Shown piece after piece: positions 54,457 through 64,000 of a DNA stretch of 64,000 nucleotides; the first letter of the stretch is position 1; each line of letters starts with the position of its first letter. Position numbers and translations under genes: made by a program. The notes beneath the pieces were generated by a model. That model saw only the letters and a list, made by a program, of their open reading frames with translations, searched no databases and was not told the origin of the DNA. The DNA is from Bacillota bacterium (GTDB lineage: Bacteria > Bacillota > UBA5301 > JAMCQP01): NCBI GenBank assembly GCA_023381695.1, contig JAMCQP010000034.1, forward strand, positions 72,617-136,616, given 5' to 3'.

Positions 54457-56457
54457 ATGTGGCGGGCTTTTTTCTCCAAAGTACAGAAAGAGAGCGAGGA
54501 CGCCCGGGAACTGGCCCTGCCGAGGGTCATGCCCAGGCCGAAGCGAATAGAGTTTAGAGGCGAATGGTTTCCGTTGAGCACGAACTGTACGGTGATGGCC
54601 GAGGATGCCGTGGATGTCCGGACCGCGCGCCATTTACGGGATTTTCTGATGAGCAAGGCCATCCCGGTTGTCCAGCTGGTGGACTCGGCGGCCTCCGCGG
54701 AATTGATTAAAAGCCAGGCTGGTCGGGGCAAAGACCCTGGTTCGCTGTTCATTCTGGGGAATCCGCGGACCAGTCCACGGGTGGCCGAATACTTGAGGCA
54801 ACTTCAGGTAGCCGGGGACGACCTGAACCGCTTGGGCGACGAGGGCTATCTTCTGGCGGCCGCGCAATCCAATGGGCAGGCGGTGGTGATCTGCGCCGGC
54901 GGGAGCAGCCGCGGGACCTTTTACGCGCTGCAGACTTTGAAACAGCTGGTGGCCCAGCGCGGTGGGATTCCCTGGTTGCCGTCGCTTTTGATCGTGGATG
55001 AACCGGCTCTGGGGGTCCGGGGGGTAATCGAGGGGTTTTACGGCGTGCCCTGGTCGCACCAGGAACGGCTGGCTCAGTTGCTCTTCTACGGCCAGTACAA
55101 GATGAACACCTTTATTTACGCCCCGAAGGACGATCTTTATCACCGCGAACGCTGGCGGGAGCCTTATCCGGCCGAAGAGTTGCGGCAGTTGAAGGAACTG
55201 GTGGCGGCGGCTCGGGAGCAGCATGTGAACTTCGTTTTTGCCATCAGCCCTGGAAAATCGGTGCGGTACTCCAGCGATGAGGATTTTGCCGCCCTGTGCG
55301 CCAAGGTGGAGGCGGTGCGTGCGCTGGGGGTGGATTCCTTTGCGCTGCTTCTGGACGATATTCCGGAGGAGCTTCCCGATCCCGCGGATCAGGCGAAATT
55401 TAACGGGGATTTGGCCGCCGCCCAGGTCTACCTGATGAACCGCTACGACGACTACCTGAAATCGCGGCAGCCCAGAAATCGGCTGGTCATCTGCCCGACC
55501 GAGTACTCCGAAGAGGGGTCGTCGCCTTACCGGGAGCGGCTGGCCAGGGATCTGCATCCGGATATCCTGGTCTTCTGGACCGGGATGGGCGTGGTGGCCC
55601 AGTCCATCACCTCGGCCGACGCGGAGAAGATCGCCGGGATCTTCGGCCATGATCTCTTTGTCTGGGACAACTACCCGGTGAACGATTTTGATCCCAATGC
55701 ATTGTTCATGGGCCCGTTGCGCAACCGGGACGCGGCTCTGGCCAGGGGCCCCGTCGCCGGGTGGGCCGCCAACCCCATGAACCAGGGCGAGGCTTCCAAG
55801 ATTGCCCTTCTGACGGTGGCGGACTATCTGTGGAACCCGCAGGCTTACGACCCGGTGGAGGCCTGGGATGTGGCCATCCGGCACGTGGCCGGGGATCTGG
55901 CCTACCGGCCCATGCGGCTTCTGTGTCAGAACCTGCAGAGTTCCCGCCTGTTTGAAGAGGAGTCGCCGGAGCTGGCGGCCAAGATCAATGCCTTCTGGAC
56001 GGAATACCCGGCGGGGGACTGGCAAGGGAAAGGGGAGGCGCTGGCGGCGGAGTTCCGCGAGTTGCGGCAGCTCAAGGAGGAACTGGAACGGGCGTTAGCC
56101 AACCGCCAGCTGCTCAGGGAGATCATGCCCTGGCTGGAGAAGCTGTCGCTCCAGGCCGAGCTGGCCGAGGGATACCTGGAACTGCTCATGAAACGGGGGT
56201 CGGGGGCGATGGGTTCTGGCTCTAAAAAATTGGTTGGTCCCGCAGCCAGTGCAAATGCGGAAAGCGCCGGTGGACGGGGCGGCGAAAACAGGGCCAGCCG
56301 GGACGAGATGAGAAGGTTTGCGGCTCTTGAGAAGTTGGCGGAGCGGTTGAGTAACGATCCCCACCAGGTCTGCGGCTTGGTGCTGGAGGAGTTTCTGGCA
56401 AAGGTGCGCGCCGAACTGACCTCCGCCGCGCCGGGGGCGGGAGTCACTGGTAGTTAA
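54457..56457 (+). CDS. GH84 beta-N-acetylglucosaminidase (O-GlcNAcase/NagJ-like)
   Basis: GVIEGFYGVPWSHQERL..YKMNTFIYAPKDD and the catalytic Asp pair in FALLLDDI, plus a C-terminal helical region. I see no signal peptide. The start may be internal (MPRPKRIEF). Confidence 0.85.
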   Translation: MWRAFFSKVQKESEDARELALPRVMPRPKRIEFRGEWFPLSTNCTVMAEDAVDVRTARHLRDFLMSKAIPVVQLVDSAASAELIKSQAGRGKDPGSLFILGNPRTSPRVAEYLRQLQVAGDDLNRLGDEGYLLAAAQSNGQAVVICAGGSSRGTFYALQTLKQLVAQRGGIPWLPSLLIVDEPALGVRGVIEGFYGVPWSHQERLAQLLFYGQYKMNTFIYAPKDDLYHRERWREPYPAEELRQLKELVAAAREQHVNFVFAISPGKSVRYSSDEDFAALCAKVEAVRALGVDSFALLLDDIPEELPDPADQAKFNGDLAAAQVYLMNRYDDYLKSRQPRNRLVICPTEYSEEGSSPYRERLARDLHPDILVFWTGMGVVAQSITSADAEKIAGIFGHDLFVWDNYPVNDFDPNALFMGPLRNRDAALARGPVAGWAANPMNQGEASKIALLTVADYLWNPQAYDPVEAWDVAIRHVAGDLAYRPMRLLCQNLQSSRLFEEESPELAAKINAFWTEYPAGDWQGKGEALAAEFRELRQLKEELERALANRQLLREIMPWLEKLSLQAELAEGYLELLMKRGSGAMGSGSKKLVGPAASANAESAGGRGGENRASRDEMRRFAALEKLAERLSNDPHQVCGLVLEEFLAKVRAELTSAAPGAGVTGS

Positions 56458-56513
56458 CCACAAGAACGGGATGCAGATAGCGGGAAACATTCGACGCTTT
56501 TCGAGGATTCTTG

Positions 56514-56741
56514 ATGGTTGGCCTCTGGGAAACGGTTGCACTAAGCCTCATCAGCGCTTCAACTGCTTTGTTGGCCAGGTATCCAATGGACTCGGCGGGT
56601 GGGCTTATAGGATTTGCGGCATTCCTTCACAGGCCGGCAGCATACCTCCGAAATGGCGAGATGATCTTACTCCTTGTGGGCGTGTTATTGCTTGCTTTTG
56701 CAGCGGTTGCCGAGGGATTCAATATAGTACGATCTAGCTGA
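56514..56741 (+). CDS. Possible small two-TM membrane protein
   Basis: ATG lies 6 nt after GAGGA, with two hydrophobic helices. No homologue recognised. Confidence 0.35.
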   Translation: MVGLWETVALSLISASTALLARYPMDSAGGLIGFAAFLHRPAAYLRNGEMILLLVGVLLLAFAAVAEGFNIVRSS

Positions 56742-56811
56742 GTGTGTTGAGCAATCAAAAGTGGGACTGATTAAGGCAGGCGCTGTATCCAGGCTGGTGT
56801 TATAAGAGGGG

Positions 56812-57483
56812 ATGGATAATATCTGGCAGTTTATCCCGCAAATTCGTGGCGGTTTGATCGTTTCGTGTCAGGCTCAGTCGGGAGAGCCCCTGTATGGTTC
56901 GCACTATATGGCTGCCATGGCCAGGGCTGCCCGGGAGGCGGGCGCCGTTGCCGTCCGGGCCGAATCACCCAGGGATATCCAGAGTATCAAGGCCGCTGTT
57001 GGCTTGCCGGTGATCGGCCTTTGGAAGGTCGATTACCCGGGAAGCCCGGTTTACATCACGCCGACCCTCAAAGAGGTGGCGGCGGTGGATGCCACCGCCC
57101 AGCAGCCCCGGCCGGATAGTCTTACGGCGGCAGATTTTATAAAAGCGATAAAGAAGAATTTTAGCGTGCCGGTTATGGCCGATATCTCCACCGTTGAAGA
57201 GGGGGTCAAGGCCGAGGCGGCTGGTGCGGACCTGGTCAGCACCACCCTGGCGGGTTACACGCCTTATAGCCGGCAATTAAGCGGGCCCGACTTCACCCTG
57301 GTTCAAGAACTCCACGCGGCCTTGAAGGTGCCGGTGGTGGCCGAAGGGCGCATCTGGCATCCTGCAGAGGCGGCGCAAGCTCTTAAGCTTGGCGCTCACG
57401 CGGTGGTGGTGGGGTCTGCCATCACCAGGCCCCAGGAGATTGCCAGACGATTTGTGCAGGCACTCAGGGATCCGTGCGTTTGA
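56812..57483 (+). CDS. nanE: N-acetylmannosamine-6-phosphate 2-epimerase
   Basis: GLIVSCQA..EPLY, GAVAVR, TTLAGYT and VVAEGRI are typical of NanE. Confidence 0.85.
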   Translation: MDNIWQFIPQIRGGLIVSCQAQSGEPLYGSHYMAAMARAAREAGAVAVRAESPRDIQSIKAAVGLPVIGLWKVDYPGSPVYITPTLKEVAAVDATAQQPRPDSLTAADFIKAIKKNFSVPVMADISTVEEGVKAEAAGADLVSTTLAGYTPYSRQLSGPDFTLVQELHAALKVPVVAEGRIWHPAEAAQALKLGAHAVVVGSAITRPQEIARRFVQALRDPCV

Positions 57484-57528
57484 CACCCCGCTGGTTCGCA
57501 AGAGGCAGTACAGACAGAGGGGGAGATT

Positions 57529-58161
57529 ATGGTAACTTTAATAGAAGACGATGCCGTGGTTCTTTTCCAGGGGGATAGCGTAACGGATGCCGGCCGTGGC
57601 AGGGAAGACGACGGCAATTTGGGGACTGGTTATGCGATGATGACGGCGGCCTGGTTTTCCGCGCTGTATCCGGAAAAACAGGCGAGATTTATAAACCGGG
57701 GAGTCAGCGGCGACCGGGTAAAAGACTTGCAACGGCGGTGGCGGGAAGATTGCCTGGACTTAAAACCAACATGGGTTTCCATCCTGATAGGGATCAATGA
57801 CTGCTGGAGAAGGTATGACAGCAATGATCCCACTTCCGTGGGAGACTTTGAAGCTGCTTACCGGGATATTTTAAGGCGGGTAAAAGAAACTTTAAATGCC
57901 AGGATCATCCTCTGTGAACCGTTTGTCTTGCCTGTGCCCGAAGATCGCGAGAAATGGCGGGAAGATCTAAATCCCAAAATAGATGTGGTCCGGCGGCTGG
58001 CGCGGGAATTTGGGGCGCTGTTCGTTCCTTTGGACGGGCTCTTTGCCCAGGTTTCCACTCTGCGTCATCCGGGGTTTTGGGCGCCGGACGGCGTGCATCC
58101 CTCCCCCGCGGGGCATGCCTTGATTGCGAAAGCTTGGTTGCAAACCGTGAAAGCCATGTGA
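57529..58161 (+). CDS. SGNH/GDSL-family hydrolase (esterase)
   Basis: Block I GDSVTD, block III GIND and block V DGVHP are present. Confidence 0.8.
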   Translation: MVTLIEDDAVVLFQGDSVTDAGRGREDDGNLGTGYAMMTAAWFSALYPEKQARFINRGVSGDRVKDLQRRWREDCLDLKPTWVSILIGINDCWRRYDSNDPTSVGDFEAAYRDILRRVKETLNARIILCEPFVLPVPEDREKWREDLNPKIDVVRRLAREFGALFVPLDGLFAQVSTLRHPGFWAPDGVHPSPAGHALIAKAWLQTVKAM

Positions 58162-58220
58162 CCCTCAATCCAGTGGCGAGGTGATCGAAAGATGGAGGAG
58201 CTTATGAGGATTACACGGGA

Positions 58221-58427
58221 ATGCACGCCATGTACCGCTTCCACATCGAAGATCCGGTGGTGTTTACCAGGTCGATCCGGGTTACCATCGAGCACGGCCA
58301 CGCCAACGACCGGAGCGATGATTATTCCAGCGTGGCGTACTGGTACCAGACGGAGCCGCACAAGGTCTGGGTTCCCCTGCCTCCGCCGGAGAAGAGGGTG
58401 GCCAGGCGCGACTACACCTGCAAATAG
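58221..58427 (+). pseudogene. C-terminal remnant of a DUF2961 (GH172) protein
   Basis: YRFHIEDPVVFTRSIRVTIEHGHANDRSDDYSSVAYWYQ matches the extreme C-terminus of DUF2961 proteins as I remember them. The preceding roughly 300 aa are absent. Confidence 0.6.
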
Positions 58428-58503
58428 TTCTTTTTAGCCCATCCGGCTGTCAAAGGAACATCTTGCTCACAAGCAAAGATAGCGGGGATCCTTGCGGAGC
58501 TTC

Positions 58504-60636
<2,133 letters not shown>

Positions 60637-60637
<1 letters not shown>

Positions 60638-61467
60638 CAGGGCCGCACCCCCCTTCGGCGCAATACCAGGGTGGCACACGCCAAGAGCGTCACCGCATAA
60701 ACAAAGAGTTCCGCCACGGTCCACCCGAACGCAATCGCATTGCCGTGTGCCACCGCAACCTGCCCACGATTGAAGTAGGCTACCGGCGACACCCATTGCA
60801 TAACCATATCAAGCCTGTCCAGAAAGATGCGCAAATAGATCATCGTATCGGAGAGCTGTTCGCCTGGTATGCTGATCATCCAGCCATGAACCAGCGAAAA
60901 GAGGATAAAGATGGCCGCGACAGCCAGATAGGCGACAACCGCCATCATGCCGCGGCGTACAAAGCAGGCGAAGAATTCACCCAGGGCAATCACAGCGGAG
61001 GCCAGAAAGATGGCCAGAATCCCAAACCAGAGCAGGTTCATCCCGGCCTGAAGACCCGTCAATGCGGATACGAAAAGATAATAAAGCGACGTCAAAACGG
61101 CCACCACCATAAAGGCCAGCATGGAATGCAGATATTTTCCAAGAACATAGGAGATCGAATCGACTGGTCCATAGAAGAGCACTTCCGCCGTCCCCCGTTC
61201 CCGCTCCCGCGCAAAGGACAACGCGGCACCGGAACCCAGATATATTGCCATAAGAACGGAAGTCAGGAAAAAAGGCCCGGTAACGGGATTACTGAGGACC
61301 GCCATCCCACTCTGCCCGATCTGAAAAAACGCCCCGCCGATGCCCAGGTAAGAGATGGTCACCAGAACCAGGCTGAGAGTCAGGTACAGTGAGAGCCCAT
61401 AAAGGGTCGAACGCAACTCCCGCCCTGCCACGATAGCCGCCACATAAAATCGGTCCGGCACGTTCAC
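60637..61467 (-). CDS. ABC-2 type transporter permease
   Basis: Six hydrophobic helices. The GTG start overlaps the ATPase stop (GTGA). Confidence 0.75.
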
Positions 61468-62450
61468 AGGCCTTCCCCCCTCCCAGCCTGCTGGTAAGAA
61501 ATGCCTTCGGATGCCGCAAGGCTTGCCAGGTTGCTCTCGGTGATCTCCATAAAGGCTTCCTCAAGGCTGATCTGTCTGGAGTTGAACTCCAGCGGCACCG
61601 CACCGTGCTCCGTTAGATGGCGCAAGAGGTCGGAGCGGTGGTCCTGGTCCGCCGATAAAATCACGCGAAGCTGGACCGGTGTCTCCCAGCGGGCGCTCTT
61701 CACCCATGGAAGCTGGTTGAGGGCGGCTTCCTCCAGGGGTGGCGGCATGGCAAATTCCACGTTGATGTGCATTTCCGGTGAGAGGCGCCGCCGCAGGCCC
61801 GCCATGTCACCCTGGGCGACAAGCCGCCCCTTTTGCAGGATGCCCACCCTGTAACAGGTGCGCTCGACTTCGGAAAGAATATGTGAAGACAGGAAGATTG
61901 TCTTGCCTTGCTCGTTGAGGTCCTTCAGAATCTCCCGAACCTCGCGGATTCCATACGGATCGAGAGACGAAGCCGGCTCGTCCAGCACCAGCAGATCCGG
62001 GGCATGCAGCAGGGCTCGGGCCAGCGAAAGCTTCTGGAGCATTCCTTTTGAATAGCCTCCGACCAGTTCATTTCGGCGGTCGAGAAGGCGGACGGCCGCA
62101 AGGACCTCGCCGGCCCTTTTCCGTGGTTCTTTAACGCGATAGAGCCGGGCGAAGAAGAGCAGATACTCCCAGGCGGTCATCTCTCCGTAAATGTTTTGAT
62201 ACTCACCGACCACGCCCACGCGCCTTTTAAGGGCAAAGGAGTCCTCCCGCACCGGCTCCCCGAAGAGCAGGGCGCGGCCTTGCGTGGGGCGAATCAAGCC
62301 GAGCAGCAGGGAAATGGTGGTACTTTTCCCGGCGCCATTGGGGCCGAGAAAACCGTAAATCTCACCTTGTTTCACGCTGAGGTTCAGATCATCGACGGCC
62401 AGAAGTGGCCCATAATGTTTGCTCAAATGCTCCGTCCGGATAACTTCCAA
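61464..62450 (-). CDS. ABC transporter ATP-binding protein (ABC-2/DrrA-like with C-terminal extension)
   Basis: Walker A GPNGAGKSTT, signature YSKGMLQKLSLA, Walker B LLVLDEPASSLD. TTG lies 7 nt after GGGAGGG. Confidence 0.85.
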   Translation of the reverse strand: MEVIRTEHLSKHYGPLLAVDDLNLSVKQGEIYGFLGPNGAGKSTTISLLLGLIRPTQGRALLFGEPVREDSFALKRRVGVVGEYQNIYGEMTAWEYLLFFARLYRVKEPRKRAGEVLAAVRLLDRRNELVGGYSKGMLQKLSLARALLHAPDLLVLDEPASSLDPYGIREVREILKDLNEQGKTIFLSSHILSEVERTCYRVGILQKGRLVAQGDMAGLRRRLSPEMHINVEFAMPPPLEEAALNQLPWVKSARWETPVQLRVILSADQDHRSDLLRHLTEHGAVPLEFNSRQISLEEAFMEITESNLASLAASEGISYQQAGRGEGL

Positions 62451-62527
62451 ATTGCGACCCTCCCGTAAAGGCTGACCCTTTGTCCTACCTGGTGCGCTAA
62501 CCTGGTGCAAGGGGGTACCAGGGTGTG

Positions 62528-63484
62528 CTAATCTTGGCTGAAATAAGCGCCCCTGGCTCTCAAGAACTCCTCATAGCGGCGATACAAGGCATGAGCTGAC
62601 GGCCAGATGGAATGCGGGCTGAGGAAGTGGGAGAATTCAAAGGTAATCACCTTGCTTACGTGCGGCTGCACGGCCTCCAGCTTGTAAGCCAGCTTTCGCC
62701 AGTCGATGGGCGGAAATTTGATGGGCGTGTCCCGATCGAAGGTCTCCAGATTAGACCACAGTTCGATCTGGTGTTTCCGCGCAATCTCGGCTGTCGCCCG
62801 CACAAACTCTTCAAGCTTCAAGAATTCGACGGTCCCGTCCTGAAAAGCACAATAGTTCACCAGACCTTCCAGGCGGCTGAAAATCTCCGACCACTGGCGG
62901 ACATGCTCCTCGACAGAGCGAGGAAAAGCTTTTTCTTGAAGAGCGACAACCAGCATGGGATCCAGGCGGCCGAAGAAATATGGCGAGATCAGGATGGGAA
63001 GACCGGAAAGTTTCCGAATCTCTTCCGCCAGGCTTGTCTGGATCTCAATGATCCTGAAACTCGTGTCCGGAGTTTCGTGGGGCAGGTACCAGCCGGCGAA
63101 AGCGGGCGACGAACCGTATCGATCCAGCATCTCGCGAATAAACTCTTTGTTGATGCCTACTTCCGTTTGCCAGTCGTTGCGGTACCAGAACCGGTTGGAA
63201 TCGTACAGCCCGAGGAAAAGACGCATGCCGTTTTGCGCCGCGAGCTTCAAGAAGAGGGCAATCAGGTCCTGGTAGACTGGAAGGGTTGGCACGTGCTTCG
63301 AGATTGTCCTGGCGGGGCAGGCGAGTTTTTCTCCCAGCCCCGCGCGGATGACAATGACCGTGTCGATCCCGGCCCGCTTCATGGTCCCAAATTCGGTTGT
63401 CCATTCCTCTTCGCCCCAATTCGAAGAAGGGATGTCATAAGTGATCTCATCCAGGAATGTCCCGGTGATCGCTTTGTAAGCCAA
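62528..63484 (-). CDS. DUF4434-family (glycoside-hydrolase-like TIM barrel) protein
   Basis: The N-terminus ITGTFLDEITYDIPSSNW..W...F..MK.AGIDTVI matches my memory of DUF4434. Confidence 0.65.
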   Translation of the reverse strand: MAYKAITGTFLDEITYDIPSSNWGEEEWTTEFGTMKRAGIDTVIVIRAGLGEKLACPARTISKHVPTLPVYQDLIALFLKLAAQNGMRLFLGLYDSNRFWYRNDWQTEVGINKEFIREMLDRYGSSPAFAGWYLPHETPDTSFRIIEIQTSLAEEIRKLSGLPILISPYFFGRLDPMLVVALQEKAFPRSVEEHVRQWSEIFSRLEGLVNYCAFQDGTVEFLKLEEFVRATAEIARKHQIELWSNLETFDRDTPIKFPPIDWRKLAYKLEAVQPHVSKVITFEFSHFLSPHSIWPSAHALYRRYEEFLRARGAYFSQD

Positions 63485-63563
63485 GATAACCCCTCCCGTT
63501 CAGAATTTGGTGATGTTCATCGGGTCACCTTTCCAGATATTAATAACCCAGCCGCTCATCTGG

Positions 63564-64000
63564 TTACCCTTTGATCCCCGTCAAGGCGATCCCTTCGATG
63601 AAGGTGCGCTGGGCAACCAGGAAGATCGCCACCAGCGGCAAGGTGATCAAGGTGGCGGTGGCCATGATCAACGTCCACTGCGCGTTATGCTGGCCGAAAA
63701 ACATCTGCAACCCGAGTTGCAAGGTGTACTGGCTTTCGTTTTGCAGGTAGATCAGTGGCCCCAGAAAATCCGTCCACGACGCGACAAACTGGAAGAGGCC
63801 CACCACCGCCAGCGCAGGCTTCGCGAGCGGCAAGATCACCTTGGAAAAGATCCAGATGTGGTTTGCCCCATCGATTCTGGCGGCTTCGGACAATTCCATC
63901 GGAATCGTCATGTAAAACTGGCGCAGCAGGAAGATATAGAAAGCAACCCCGAAGAAATGAGGCACAACAAGGGGCAATATGCCGCCAATCCAGCCCATGC
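63564..64000 (-). CDS. Carbohydrate ABC transporter permease (MalG/BPD type), 5' end outside the window
   Basis: EAA loop ELSEAARIDGANHIWIFSKVILPLAKPAL. The ORF runs off the window edge. Confidence 0.85.
   Translation of the reverse strand, partial: MGWIGGILPLVVPHFFGVAFYIFLLRQFYMTIPMELSEAARIDGANHIWIFSKVILPLAKPALAVVGLFQFVASWTDFLGPLIYLQNESQYTLQLGLQMFFGQHNAQWTLIMATATLITLPLVAIFLVAQRTFIEGIALTGIKG

Noticed and set aside
53679-54752. 357-aa minus-strand ORF
   Set aside because: It overlaps the DUF3795 gene and the GH84 start in antisense. The sequence is low-complexity and crosses an intergenic region containing promoter-like sequence.
54634-56025. 463-aa minus-strand ORF
   Set aside because: It is antisense to the GH84 gene, whose catalytic motifs are on the plus strand.
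62612-63574. 320-aa plus-strand ORF
   Set aside because: It is antisense to the DUF4434 gene. It has no SD and no motif.

Overview
This 64-kb window is GC-rich chromosomal DNA. GGAGG-type Shine-Dalgarno sites, frequent GTG/TTG starts, 4-nt ATGA/GTGA gene overlaps and the gene content suggest an anaerobic, probably thermophilic, Firmicute-like bacterium; this is an inference, with no marker gene to confirm it. I support about 65 protein-coding genes, one SAM-I riboswitch, several intrinsic terminators and sigma-A-like promoters, and a few short repeats. I found no rRNA, tRNA, CRISPR array, transposase, integrase or prophage genes. In order, the content is: a tryptophanase/TPL 3' end; a cupin-HD-GYP protein; a divergent Tat-exported [NiFe] hydrogenase with a convergent b-type cytochrome; DNA repair genes (Fpg/Nei, Ogt) and TtcA; two tail-anchored heptad-repeat proteins in an AT-rich islet; an MFS transporter and a fused membrane/spermidine-synthase protein; an AhbC/D-like radical SAM protein; an MCP; an M48 peptidase; LarA; S-box-controlled metX flanked by double-GNAT genes; FeoBA; an APC permease; DUF47-PiT; a Tat-signal split-Soret-like dihaem protein; an XRE regulator with a FetAB-like ABC exporter; PFK; a multihaem-cytochrome operon (NHL propeller, 11-haem cytochrome, ResB, CcsA, B12-radical SAM); TldD/PmbA; and a partly decayed amino-sugar island (GH84, NanE, SGNH, GH172 fragment, truncated LacI, DUF4434, sugar ABC permease) interrupted by an ABC-2 exporter operon. 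The best candidates for new biology are the cytochrome operon that co-transcribes a cobalamin radical-SAM enzyme with System II maturation genes, the atypical hydrogenase, the tail-anchored repeat-protein pair, and the Tat/CXXCH split-Soret-like gene with a duplicated operator-like repeat. All family assignments come from motif recognition by eye and memory. No database search was run.
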